64,000 nucleotides of DNA from Phoronis australis (GCA_002633005.1 NMRA01000165.1:677558-741557), one strand, 5' to 3'; numbered from the stretch's first letter, positions 22,098 to 34,289 are shown. Numbers and translations: made by a program. Notes: a model not told the origin generated them from the letters alone.

Positions 22098-24982
22098 NTC
22101 AAACAGACCCTGGAATGGTTATTAATGGACGTACTTTAATGAACGCGCCGAGGGCTAGCGTGCTGGAGAAAAAAAATATGCAAATCCCTAAGACACGGCA
22201 CGTCAGAATGGACGCGCACAACACAAAAACGTAACAGTTATGAGAAAATACTAAGGGACGCTATCTACTTATACCAAGACAGCGTCAAAGGCCGTGTCGC
22301 GAGACAGGTGGCAAATCTGGGCAAAACTATAGATGGCTCAATTTTGCACTAACCCACCCGATCAAGCGAAGATAGTTTTTGGCCATGATATAATGTTTAG
22401 AGAACTTAAAAGACGTGTGGTAATAGCCTCAAAGAGAAGCAAAGTGGTCGCTACGCACTAGCACCTTCCGAGAATGTGTTGCCGAAACTTGAAAAAAAAA
22501 ACAAAAAAAAACTCAAAGTTACCGAAAAACAACGGATGTTCGCTACGCATCCGCTGCAGCTAAACTGCTTTAAAGAATTAGCTGGTCGCTACTCAGCTAA
22601 AATCCTCAAAAACAAAGATAATCTACAATTTCTAAAAAATCGTGACCCAAGGCACACGCGCAACGTCCGGGTCTTGCTTTTCCGCGACTTACGGCTCCCC
22701 GCCGGCGGAACGAAAAGCTCACCGAGAACAACTGCCGGGCGTGCCCCCGAAATTCAGAAAAAATAGAGCCTAGAGTAACAAATTCTCCGGTTCCCTCCCC
22801 GGGTTCCGCCAAAAATTGCCACTCGCGACTGATCGAAAGAACTAAAATAATCTACAGGAAGGTCTGGTCCGTCTCCACCTAGTCCCACCAGGTACGGAAA
22901 CAGGGTCCCTCGCGCAATCAAACTAGTCCGCTAAAAAGCAACTACGCCAATGTAGTGATTCCTCAAAGGTGTCTTACCTTACATCTTAGTTGTCCGTGGT
23001 CGAGCTCAATAGTTCTGCTTTGGTGTGTGGTCTGGGTATCGAATGCCACTCTGCATCCAAACATGTGTATCGGCCGCAGGGCCGCTTAATTAATATTCAT
23101 GATGCGCCCTCATTGGCCATTACCGGCATATGGGCCGGACAGCCAACGTCGGCAGTCTCCAAGACGAACAGCAGTCGTCTCTCGATGCCGACAGAGGGCG
23201 CGCGCGGCAGAAGGCCAGCGCAGCAGTGAGACAGGTCCAGTGACGTCTCACTACACCTGACCCAACTGGAATCGATACATTCTGTTCTTCCAGAAATTCT
23301 TTGTTGACTGTATTTCCACTTACATTCCAAACTCAGAGCCTTTCCAATGTTGAAGGTGGGCACATATCTTACTTTTACTTGGCCTCCATCTGATTCCATG
23401 CTGAGATCGACGATTTTCACAAACTGGGGGGTGAGGAGGCAAACTGTTGTAAACAAGCCCACTCTGACACTGGCAAGAATCAGCTGCCACTTTCACTCAG
23501 CATTGTCACTGAACGGGACTGGGTCGGTGACTTTAACATATTTCAGATGGCTTGCTATGGACTTGCTGCAATCAGTTAGTGCTTCGATTGCTTGCTGCAT
23601 GGTTTCGATATTCCTTTGAAGCTCCATAAACCAGATTTGAAGGATTATGCCAACGAACACACTATATTAACTACCACCACCTCATCAGCCATTTTTCTTC
23701 AGTGATATCAGAGACACCTGAAGGGCTCTTCATCAAAATGGTAATTCACAGTAAAAAAAAAACAAAAAAAAAACAAAGATACTAATTTCATATAATTTTA
23801 TTTGCTAAGAAATAATCCCAATAATTTAACAACCATTTGAGCACTTTTAAATCTCAAAACTCAACATTTTCCATGACTAGTAGCTATTGTCACAAGTGCT
23901 CACTTTGGCTGAGGTGGCTGCAAACAATTGCTCATTACTATATGAAGACATGTGTTCGCCGTGGTTTTGATGCCAAATATCTATTCTACTAAGATAGATC
24001 AAACCCACGATTAAGTTTCAAAGAGTAAAATTTGGCTTCAGCTGAGATTGACTCATTCAAACCTGGGCAAGTTATCCATGTTTTCTGCTTGTATGACCCC
24101 ATGACCTTTCAAACCCCAAAATGTTGAATTTAAGGTGCAACTTGACACTTTTATTTTTCATTTTTAGGAAGACAATGGATGACTTTATACAAAACAGTAG
24201 CTATTTCATTTTCTAGCAGCTTCTGTAATTTCCTACAATGTCACAAAAACTGTGATTATTGGGGTAAGTTCTGATAGTGGTTTTCAGTGAAAACTGATGT
24301 ACCCGACTTTTAAGCTACCTAACGCGATAGAATTTGTTTAAAGTGCATTTTAGTAATTACCATGAGAAAGTAAACAAAAATGCAAAATATGATCCAAATC
24401 CGTCACATAGGGTTTATCACCCCTGCATGGATTTTTGCCTGGTCTGAAGTGTACTGCACTCTTAATAGCACTCAAAAGCTGTGCTTTGGTCTTATCAAGT
24501 CAACAGGACTGTGATTATTAGTATTCCAAGTTAAATTTCAACAAAACACGCTGTTATGTGAGTAACTGACAGTTATGTAATCAAGAAAATTGGCTTCTGC
24601 CCACATGAGAAGAATGTGGCCACTGTAGGGGTAGAAAAATCTAAACATGTAATTAGGCAGATGTTAGCTACGAACGATCGCTGTTCGTACTACCCAAACC
24701 ATTCTGCAACTAACTTATATTCGCTTATGAGGACACGTATCGAACATCCTGGAGTGCTGTAATTATGGGACAGTACTTGATTGCTGGTGTTCATCGCATT
24801 GCGTCTGCAATCAGAAAAAAATAATGAACCTTGCTTCAACGTATGCCCCTCTCCTTCAGTTAATTAACTTCAGAAAACTATGTTCACACATTTTGAAAAT
24901 TCAGTGGTCATCAGTAAGTCTCATATCACCTTCTCACTGCCTCATCTCGACGCAAGAAGTTCGATCCGTGCTGCACCTCTCG

Positions 24983-27900
24983 TTAATTCCTTTTTCCTGC
25001 AAAACAAAACGTGCAAAAATAAAGAAAAGCCATTTTTAGAACACTTTAACACATTAAAACTCAGTGCCAATGATGATATCTTATGTGGCAACACATTTGG
25101 AAAACAGAAATTAAAACTGTATGTAATTTGGGCTAACCCTAAAAAATCCAAAGTATTGTTTACCTTTTAGGCATATACAGAATTAAATAATCAACTTCAA
25201 AATCCAACAATTATAAGCTTGCTTTGATCCAGCACAGATCAAAATCGAAACCGAAAGTCTATTGTAACTAATACCTTAAAACTGATGAACAAGCAGTTTT
25301 AAAAGTGTACTACCCGTGCTTGTATGGATCACAATAGAGGTAATGTCTCTTCAAAAATGATACGAAAGAAACAATTCTCACCTGACTTCTTGCGTTTCCA
25401 GTCCACCTTTTTAAACTCTTCCTTTGGTAAGCTTCCCAAAGATCTGCGGTCTGGAGACTGGGAACGTGTGACACCAGCACCAGACAATCCTTCGCAGTCT
25501 TGTAGCTCTGGTGTTGCAGCTGGGTAAGGTTGTTGGACCTCGTCTTCTGGAGAATGTTTGTCTTTAGACAACCCGTATGCCACTGGACCAGACCAAGTGA
25601 ACCCAATGTAGAAATACACCTTTTTATGCCTCCAGGTATCGTATTGTGCTGGTTCGGCAGATGGTAGCTTCAGTGTTTCGTCTTTCCAATCAAATCGCAG
25701 CTCGATGATTCCTAACTTGTCAGTAACATATCCTTCAAACTGACGCAGATTTCGTCTAACTTCTTGTGTGTTCCAAAATTTTTTTTTCTCACTGTAATTG
25801 AATCCAGTGTCAGCGCACACGAATCGCTGCCACTCTCTTCCTTTTCCAAGGAAAAATACAGTTTTGTCTTTGGCCCCAGAGCACAGGGTTTCTTCTTTTC
25901 TAAGAAATGGGAATTTTTTGTCATATTCCTTCTTCCACTGGGGGATCACTGTGTTAAGAGGCGAAGGAAGATTCGGATAGTTACCGTCATGATTGGGTTT
26001 GTAGCTCGGCCAATTGAACATGACATAGAAAAGGTAGGGTTCCAGATATATTGGCGAACTGGGAAGAGTTCCTCTGTCTTCGTAAAGCTTATTGCTCCAT
26101 GTGACCATCTGAGAGAATGATACGTCTTCTTCCGGAGTCTTCCACATGGTGGAAAGAATAAGATTTGCACCAAGCATAATCATTAAGTCTTTTGAAGATC
26201 TAGCGTCAGATTTCAAATTTGGTTTTATCAAACGACTTACAGTCTGCAGCTCTCTCGAACTCTGACATTTAGTCATGCTTAAAATGGAATTACCGCACAA
26301 TCGAATAGCCCTTCGCCGTCTGTATTCACATTTTTCCATTTCGTCCAGGTCTTTTGGAACTTCATCACTCTTCTCCTCAAAATAGAATTGCAGGGCTTCT
26401 TTGTTCTTCACAATTTCGCGGTGATAATAAGACTTCTGCTTCATCTGACTGGCATCGAGATGTTCTTCCCGCACCTGGCCCTCTAGATCCTCTGCGTCGT
26501 GAAGTGTTTGCTGAAGGGTTTGAGCAAAACTTTTCAGTGCGGTCAATAGATTGCATCCATTGACGTTTTTCCAAGGTGAAAGTACACCTGGATAAAACTT
26601 AGGATCAACCAAAAACTTGTGAAGACTTTTTTTGCCATTTAGACCTTCAACACCTTTTAAGAAATCTAGAAGTTTTAGCGTTATTTCGAATTCTCCGATA
26701 AATCCCGCCATATTTATCAAACCGTTGTAACTTTCACGCTTGCAACATGTTTGTGCGTTTTTAAAAGCTCTCATTGCTTTTAAGGCTGTTTCGATGGCAC
26801 ATGTTACGTCATTTGGGCTTAAGGGTTGTTTCTTTGTTGAGCCCCTTCCCACATCTGTGAGTTCTTTTGCAAACTGTAATTTGTATACTTGTCCTTGTGT
26901 GTCGTGAAAGTAAGAACTGTCTTGTTTTTTCTTCAATCCTTCTTCAGCATACCGTAGTGCTTCTTCGTAATTGTTCTGATAGGAATACAGGTAGCGGGCA
27001 ATCTGTTGTGCAATGAAAGGGTCTTCGTTAAAGATGTGATACCCCTTTTGTAGTATTGCCGCTGCTCTCTGATTACTTTCGTTACACGAGACGTATAATA
27101 TCAGGGGTGAAAATTTTGTTTTCTTTTCCGCCTCACGCTTTATAAGGATGTCACGGACTATTGTGCGCACACATTTCATGTGAGAACTGTGTGCGTAATC
27201 GGAGAAGATCTCTTCACAGTCTAGCAACTCTGTCATGATTTGGCTCACAGCTTGTTCGTTTGAGAGAATGGCCAGGATTTCCTCAGCTAAGATTCTGTTG
27301 CATGTGGTCAAACCATTGTGGTAGCTGATATGCTCGGCAGTAGACCCAATTACCAGTAAGTTCCACTCCTCACTGGTATGCCTTTCCCATTGGGATTGGT
27401 ACAGTCTCCCCCTAGCTTCTCTTTGTCGCCTGGCAGACATGACACCAAAAGAAAATGAGGTGCTAGAGGTTCTTCCGCTTTTCATAAGAAAATCAAAGGC
27501 GGCTGTTGGAACAGCTCTGAACTGTAGGTCGAAGGCATTTAAAATAGAGAGATACTTAAGTGCCCTTTTTTCCTTCTCATTTGTCATTTGAGACAGAAGC
27601 TTGCTAACGATTAGTCGAATAGCTTCGCGATCGAAGTTCGTTTTCATAACATTAAACGAAAACAACATCTCCGGATGAACCCCACGTTTGTCTTGACATT
27701 TCTTTTCCAGTTCTTGATACTTTTGTAAGAACCACCTCAGTTCTGCTTTGCTGAGTTTATGGCGCAAGACCAGGACCTCGTCACTTTCTATGACTGTTTG
27801 GCGACTACATACGAGAACAACGACACTAAACATGTCTTGGTCCACAGATTCCATGTCTATGTCTTCGTTCCTTGATTCCCACTTAGCTCGCTTCGCTTCA

Positions 27901-30675
27901 CATTCCAATTCTAATCTGAACGATCGGATTTTCTCTGGATCTTCGTCGTCAACTAATACAAGAACAGGGCGTCTTTTAGTTTCGTCGTCCTCTCCATAAT
28001 TTCTGAAGTTGAAGACGTGCTTGCTCGTCTGCATTGGAAGGATCCCTTTTACTACAGCACACCTGTATTTTTTCCTGAGGTTCCATAACACGTGTCTGCT
28101 CGTTGTTGTAGCACCCGCTCCAGGTTGATGGTATAAATATATGACACCAACACAATCACCGTCAACATATTTGGTTCTATTGCCATCAAGCGCCCCTTTA
28201 ACGACAGTCTTCAGTTTCTCGTGAATACTTCGTTTGCACACTTGACCTTCGAAAGCAAAGTTTTTCCAGCTAACCTTTCCACCCCTGAAAAAACGTTCCT
28301 CTTCTTTCTTCTTCAGATCCTCAATATTACTTTCTTTCTTCAGGAAGTCCAATTCTTGTTCACATTCGTCAACCCCGACAACTTCTAGAGATGTTAGATC
28401 GTTCTTCTCGCTAAGTTTAATTATTTCTTCTTCACATGTAGAGGGGATGTTACAATCTACAGTGAACCTGGGCTTCACAAGAACTTTGACTTGTTCTGAA
28501 ACAAGACGCCATGGTAATCCAGCTATGCTGTTATTCAGAAGTGAATCGTCGTCCTCGTTCTTGTATGTTCTCTTCACAATTTCTGTGTTCCAAGCATCTA
28601 GCAACTTCTCGTCTTCACACAAAACACACCACTGATTAGGAAAGGCTCTGTCTATCTCTGGAAACATATCCATCATTATAGGAAAGTCTTCAGATAGCAG
28701 TAAAAATACAATGACTCCACGGCCAGTTGGTACTTCATCTTTCAGCATACTAACCACCTTTCGTAATCTGTCCGTATTTCTGTTTCGCCAAGCAAAAAGA
28801 TCCTGAATTTTGTCGACTCCTTTATGGCCATTCATTAGTATCCATGGCATCGTGCTTTGTGCAAGAATTTTGTTGTCGTCTTTAGACCCAATTTCTCCAA
28901 TCTTCCGCATAGTGATCGGTTCATCCTCTTCTTCTAAGATACTGCAAATCCTACTTTCAGAATCAAAATCAAAAACTGCTCTCCACTCTATTTCTCTCAC
29001 GAAGGAGAACCTTTTAAGAATCGCATTTTCTTCTAGGTTGCGAGGTACTGAACTTGAAATGAGTATGGGAAACAATCCGTCATTGATGACATCATTTCCA
29101 AGAGTCAGGGCATAGGCAAGTTTCTCTATTTTTTCCATGAAAAACGACAAAGTCTTTAAATCGCTAGTTTCTTCGGTATGAAGTCTGACTTGTCGAAGAA
29201 CTGTTCTGAACTTCAGGAACGTTTTCTTTTTATCATCTTCAATCTTTGCAACTTTTTTGTCTATCAGTGCAAACAGTGATAAGTCTGTAGGTTGGGGTAA
29301 TGTGACAAAAATCTCTTCAACACATGAATTTGGTTTAACCACAATTTCTACAACTTTTAAGTCGTCGTTTCCACCCTTAACGTCAATCGAGTGCGGCTCT
29401 GAGATGAGAGCACTGACTACGTCACGTTGATCGTCAACAAAATATTTAAGAATCCGTTGTATTAAGGTATCTTTCAAACTGCCAGAATTTGGAATTCCTT
29501 CGACTGCACCGCTACCATCTTCGTTGGCTCGTATTCCAAAATGGATGACCGCATCTTGGTATGAATTTATGCAACCAGCAATTGTACTAACTGCTTCTTG
29601 AATACAATATGCATCAAATGTTGTAGTTGGCTTTCTACAAGCAATGTATTTGTGTATTGGGTGTAGAAGACTTCCTTCTTCAGACGGCGGTAACTCTTGG
29701 TTAGACCTATACACAAAGCCTGTGCAAATTTCATACGTCTCATGGCCACCCCTTGGTAGCGTACAGGTGTCCAGTTTATCGGCCTCATTCAAAGGCTTCG
29801 GTTGCTTTGGATCGTGTGTGGGCACAATGCAGGTAGGCTGGGGATCAGCCCAGTTGGATCTTATAATAAGACTCACTCCAAGAGGTAAGTTGGGAAAGTG
29901 TTTTGACATCGTGGAATCGTAAGTTGTGAAATCAGTGGACATCAATTGTTCCATTGCCTTTCCGCTGAACCTTAGGTTTTCGAACTCTCGTGCCTCCATC
30001 TCACTGAGCTCACATTTGTTTATTAGCCACTCTTTTATTTGTAGTGGAGTCATAGAGATCATTTTTTCTTTTCTTGACTGTTCCATGATGTGCTCTTTTC
30101 CTAAATTAATGAGAAAAAAATCGAGTTTTACGGGAATTCAGAGGTCTAAAGTGCTTTTGGTAAAATTCATCAAGCCTTTACGTTGTTGGGAGAAAGCAAA
30201 ATTCTAAAATGTGTAATCTCTAAAATAACTGCTTCTTTATATGTGAACGTTTCTTTTCGGTTTACACCATGTAGTAATAAATTGTTCTCAACGTTTCAAA
30301 ACTCGTGCTTATTTCTTCGTCAGGAGTGATGACTAGTTGGAGTAACAGTGCCTTATATGCTTCTTTATATGATTTGTTACCTTTTTCAGGAGTAACATCT
30401 TTCAATGGAGTGTCGTCGAGTTTTTTGGCTAAATGTGGCGTTTTTTCTAACAGTGCTGTGTATAACTTTTGATAACCGTCGTCTCCTTTTTGGCGGATAA
30501 TCTTCAAGAGATGTTCGTTTTTTTCAACCGTCGTTTTTTTACATTCGATCCACTCTTTCTGCTGATCTGACAAAACGTTTTCTTGGTACAACAAGTTCGT
30601 CACTTCCCACGTGTCAATGTCTTTAACAAGGTCTTGGTGATTCCTCTGCAGTCTCCATCGGTTCTGTTCATTCAT
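24983..30675 (-). CDS. SAMD9L: CARD-containing SAMD9/SAMD9L-like protein (CARD-SAM-AlbA_2-SIR2-like-STAND NTPase-TPR-OB), ~1675 aa
   Basis: Exons 30675-30381 (CARD), 30100-25382 and a probable short last exon 24996-24983. Alternatives are 24804-24791 or unspliced read-through to the stop at 25329. Family motifs: SAM (IKEWL...FSGKAM), IAGCINS..AVIHFGI, EIEWRAVFDFD, FFRGGKVSWKNF, Walker A YLYHQPGAGATT..RHVLWNLRKKYRCAV, Walker B PVLVLVDD, TPR DPFIAQQIARYLY and DTQGQVYK, C-terminal FFLGKG and KVYFYIGFTWSGPVAY. The symbol denotes the family, not 1:1 orthology. Confidence 0.9.
25247..25258 (+). promoter_or_regulatory. ISRE/IRF-E consensus (GAAACCGAAAGT) in the putative last intron of the SAMD9-like gene
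   Basis: Exact GAAANNGAAAGT match. Function is unproven. Confidence 0.3.
30381..30675 (-). CDS. CARD (death-fold) exon of the SAMD9-like gene
   Basis: MNEQNRWRLQRNHQDLVKDID..VTNLLYQENVLS..QKEWI......EKNEHLLKIIRQKGDDGYQKLYTAL...PHLA follows the caspase/Apaf-1-type CARD pattern. The phase-1 donor AAAG|gtaac (30380) and acceptor tttag|GAAAA (30101) keep the frame into the large exon. Confidence 0.85.
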
Positions 30676-31544
30676 ATTTACCTGTGGTGTATGAAAATAT
30701 GTTAAGCAACGCCGCAACACATGTTCTGACGTTGTTTAATGCACTTTTGAAAAGGCTACGGTCCACTGACACAGTAACTGAACCAAATGGCTAATCAGAG
30801 TAAATCGTACGGACCTATAACTCACAATGTCAGTACTATTAACGTCGTCACATGACCACTTAGTTGGACGCATGCGTGAATCTATGTTGACGAGAACGAA
30901 GTAGACGAAGGAGTCTGTGAGTTTAACGTCTCCTAGACATTTTAACCAATAAGGTAAGTTTGGCCACATTCGTCCGATGCATTGAGAGTTGACTCCTCAG
31001 CTTACACGTCACTTTGTAACCACATGTTATCATTCATAATGAATTTACCTGATGATATGAACACCGTTATTTTATCAGAAAGTTAACGTCTCACCGCCTC
31101 TGTGGCAGGTCGGGCAAAAAATGTCACAAGAAAGGTTAAAACGGATATTTAATGCTATCCAGTTATTTTGAAGTTTCGAGATCTTACTGGTCTGTTGTAA
31201 TGCCAATCGGTTCATCCACACGTACAAGCAAGTGCTTTCGACTTCACTGAATTCGATGATTACCAACCGCGTACACCTCATCCATTTCGAACGTCACAAG
31301 CCGATCGCGCATCCAATTGACTTCCCAAATAGAAAAGCTAAGGGCGTTACGTAGCTTGAAAAGGCTCCGTCTGAAATTTTATGGGGCATCGTGAGCGAAG
31401 CAAGGGAAATACTCACAACATGGTCATCTCTTGATTCTCGAAAACAAAATTTCAGTAACCATTCTACGGACAAAATTTGGTACTACTTGAACTCAGAAGT
31501 TTATGAAAACAGATGTCGACAGATTCTGTAGTTGCGTCAGTGAT

Positions 31545-31893
31545 CCTCCCCGCTGGTTCCCTGCGTGCCGCAAGGTGGTAGCCAGCACGCAGGTATCACT
31601 TAATTTTCCTCGGGGTTTTTTTTACACCGGCTTTTCTGATTGGCTGGTCGAATTCTCAACAGGCAGGGCTTTATGCAAACAAACTGGCTATTAAACATTA
31701 CAGCTGAAACGAAATAGTTGCTGCTACACCACTTGCATGACAAGACTAAAAATCGTTCATAGTCCGTCATTTTTTCCCGTTGTTGTAAAGCTAGCCAATG
31801 ACTGCCGAGGTTACATCAACGAATTTGGTAAAGCGCGTGCTACTGCGTGATACCTGCGTGCTAGCTAGGCACGTAGGGAACCAGCGAGGTGAT
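31545..31893. mobile_element. MITE-like element with inverted ends
   Basis: cgctggttccctgcgtgcc...agcacgcaggtatcac is inverted as gtgatacctgcgtgct...ggcacgtagggaaccagcg. Confidence 0.6.
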
Positions 31894-33314
31894 TCTCAAG
31901 CGTTTACAGTTGCTATTGCAACTCATTAGCACAGGTTTGAACAAATGAAAAAAATTAATTTAACATAGTGACGCCTGTTAAACAAGTTTAAAAACCTTGT
32001 ACAATATTTGAAAAATAACACTCAGCCAACAGGGGCGGCGTAGCGCTCTAAAGAATACGGGCGGGGGGGCTGGGGTGGCGGATCGTCGGATTCCAGAGTG
32101 CAGTCTGAGTCGTTGGATGTTTCCGCGCTGGTAGCAAACAGAAACCTGGCCAAAGTAGAGCCGTCGAGGGCTGATTCAGAAACCAAGGAAAATGCATTTT
32201 TAGAGGTAACCCCCGCCTATTCAGCACTATATACGCGCCTCTACAATTGCGCTTTGCCCGATTGTCCACGAGACAAAATGTTGGCTCCCCTTAATATGAT
32301 ATCTTAGATCCGCCACTGCTAGCACGCGGAAAACATAAGGTGGTCAACTGATTCATAAATTTGTTTGGAGTGGTCTAGTGGATCGAGAGGAACTCTAGTT
32401 CGGCCAAATCGTCCAAAACGACTCGGTGCTTGTCGTTTCCTAAGCGCTACGGGTTCATTAAGGTATGGACTTGCTTTTTATCACTGTGGTATCATAAAGC
32501 ACGTTGGTAAGTAAGGAATAAAATTAAATGATTTGATTTCCGTCGATTTGTAAATCCATGGTTGCTTATTGCGGACAATCAGTGTTGGGCTATAGCCCCC
32601 CTCCCAATAAAAGGATGTCCCCCCACCACTGCCACAGACGAAAGCTCCAATGTAACGATATGATAGTAAATAATTTAGTGTCCTGCGCATCTACAACGCC
32701 AAATCGTGTTGAGTCGTCCGTCAGGTTTGAAACTATAGACCAGTTGACGACTGTGGTCATATATCTAACAAAAACTTAACGAACGAGACTTCAGCCGAAG
32801 ACAATTGTTGAGACCATCAGTACCCCGGTCCCATTAGAATGATGTAGAACGAGTTTTCCCCCAACGAATTCATCGAAAACGCTATTGCTCGAGGTCAAAT
32901 CCGGTCCAACTACTTAATATTGGAGTCGACGGCCTCATAACCTACATGTAATCAGGGAAGACGCATTTGAGTAACTGCGTCATCCTTTGAATTATGAGCT
33001 GTTAAATGAAAAATAGCGAGTTGGCAAATCGAAAGGTAAAATACGAATCAGAATTCTTGTGCCACAGTAAATGTTGGCTAGGGGTCACCTCCATGAGACG
33101 AAATCTCTAATGCAACCACAGCGATAGAAAATGGAGTATGCTGTACATTTACAACGCAAAATTGTTGGTTTGTTGACCGTCGAATAAGTCTAATAGTTTT
33201 GAAATCAGTCAAGTCGAAGAGACAGTTACATTATGTGCACCTAAGACAAACTTACCGAATGAGAATTTCAGTCGGCTATGCGCTGGTCGAGAACCTATCA
33301 GAATGATTTCAAAT

Positions 33315-34146
33315 GGGTTTTCCCTGCTGAATTCTTCGAAAATGATAAGACACGTCAGCAGTCCCGATTCTTCAGTTCCGGTCGGTCCTAGTATTGTTCG
33401 GTTCCGTTCAGGTAAAATGTAGCATGCATGCCTGAGTTGCCGCGAACAGCTTATGTATAACAGCCAAATGAAAATATAGTAGACCTACTTGCTTGCTTTT
33501 ATCATTTTTTCCGTTTAGAGCTCAAGACATGGAGTGCCAACACCCGCACGTGACCTATTTAATTGTACTTGCTACCACGCGATTAGGGGCGAGACTTTGC
33601 ACCGTCAGTGAATTTGCGAAGTGTCTGATCGACTCCGTGAGTTTGATTGAGTGTTGTAGTTATCAAATCAAGCCTAATTTCGTGGCTTCATTTTCATTTT
33701 CATTTTGTTATTTTTGTTCATCAGAAGAGACTCTAGGCACGGTTCCAGACAATCAGCGATTTCTCGGCAACATTAGTCAACAAACCCCGGCCTAGAATTA
33801 TTGACACTGCGGTCATTCTTTTTATGCACTGAATTGTGACTGGTTGTCAATGCCGGGAATATTCTGACCTACGACATCGTTTCAGATCCAGTCTTAAAGC
33901 CACTTTCGACAACCTATCAAACCAAATGTTATGAGTTTTGAAGACAAGATGATTTTGAGAGTTAGAATTATGTTACAGTAACCTATGTTACAGAAATGAC
34001 ATTTGGCTTCAGAGTGCGTTCTTCTATAATAAATGAAAAGCTTAGGACATTGAACATGTGTGTTTAAGTAACTTTCGAAAAAAAAACTGTGTAATTATTT
34101 GCGTTGCAATAAGTGTGTGTGTGCGAGTGCGGGTGCGTGGGTGTGG

Positions 34147-34184
<38 letters not shown>

Positions 34185-34289
34185 GCGTGTGCGTGTGCGT
34201 GTGCGTGTGCGTGCGTGTGCACCCATGCCATGCCCTCCCCTCGGGAATTTCACATGACCAACAGCGTTTTCCCGTTCAGTGACTTTCCC
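33315..34289. promoter_or_regulatory. Cluster of NF-kB-like and IRF-like motifs upstream of the SAMD9-like gene
   Basis: GGGTTTTCCC 33315, GGGAATATTC 33855, GGGAATTTCA 34243, GTGACTTTCCC 34279, and (TTTTCA)n at 33687-33706. A candidate 5'UTR exon donor cg|gtaagt lies at 33255 on the - strand. Confidence 0.3.
34113..34220. repeat. (GT)n / (GCGTGT)n microsatellite
   Basis: Directly visible. Confidence 0.95.

Larger units (their letters stand above)
20054..23255 (-). mobile_element. Gypsy/Ty3-type LTR retrotransposon (incomplete in assembly, no pol visible)
   Basis: 305-bp LTR at 22951-23255 (TGTAGTGA...TCACTACA). A near-identical partial LTR at 20054-20130 ends at an N. 4-bp TSD CCTG at 20050-20053 and 23256-23259. 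PBS tggcgtagttg adjacent to the 5' LTR on the - strand resembles the complement of a tRNA-Ser 3' end. Confidence 0.9.
15758..24461 (-). mobile_element. Sola3-like long-TIR DNA transposon relic, containing nested Gypsy element and MITEs
   Basis: TTAA-GAG (15754-15760) ... CTC-TTAA (24459-24465). Patchy inverted similarity over ~600 bp: gaccaggcaaaaa; gtgataaa..ctatgt.acggattt; atctcagctgaagccaaattt about 400 bp in from each end. Decayed minus-strand exons at ~23257-23717 and ~17750-18246 (VNPVRTQL...ERS*RYYKQKA...ECIAPG). GAG/CTC termini, TTAA and long TIRs are Sola3 hallmarks as I recall them. Confidence 0.45.

Noticed and set aside
25310-30207. Many short ORFs overlapping the SAMD9-like exon
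   Set aside because: Antisense or off-frame shadows of a long coding exon, with no recognisable motifs.
30676-30720. ORF-track N-terminus MLRRCLTYFHTPQ of the CARD ORF, and its tail after 30381
   Set aside because: These lie beyond an acceptor (cacag|30681) and a donor (30380), so they are mostly intronic. The first ATG is at 30675.
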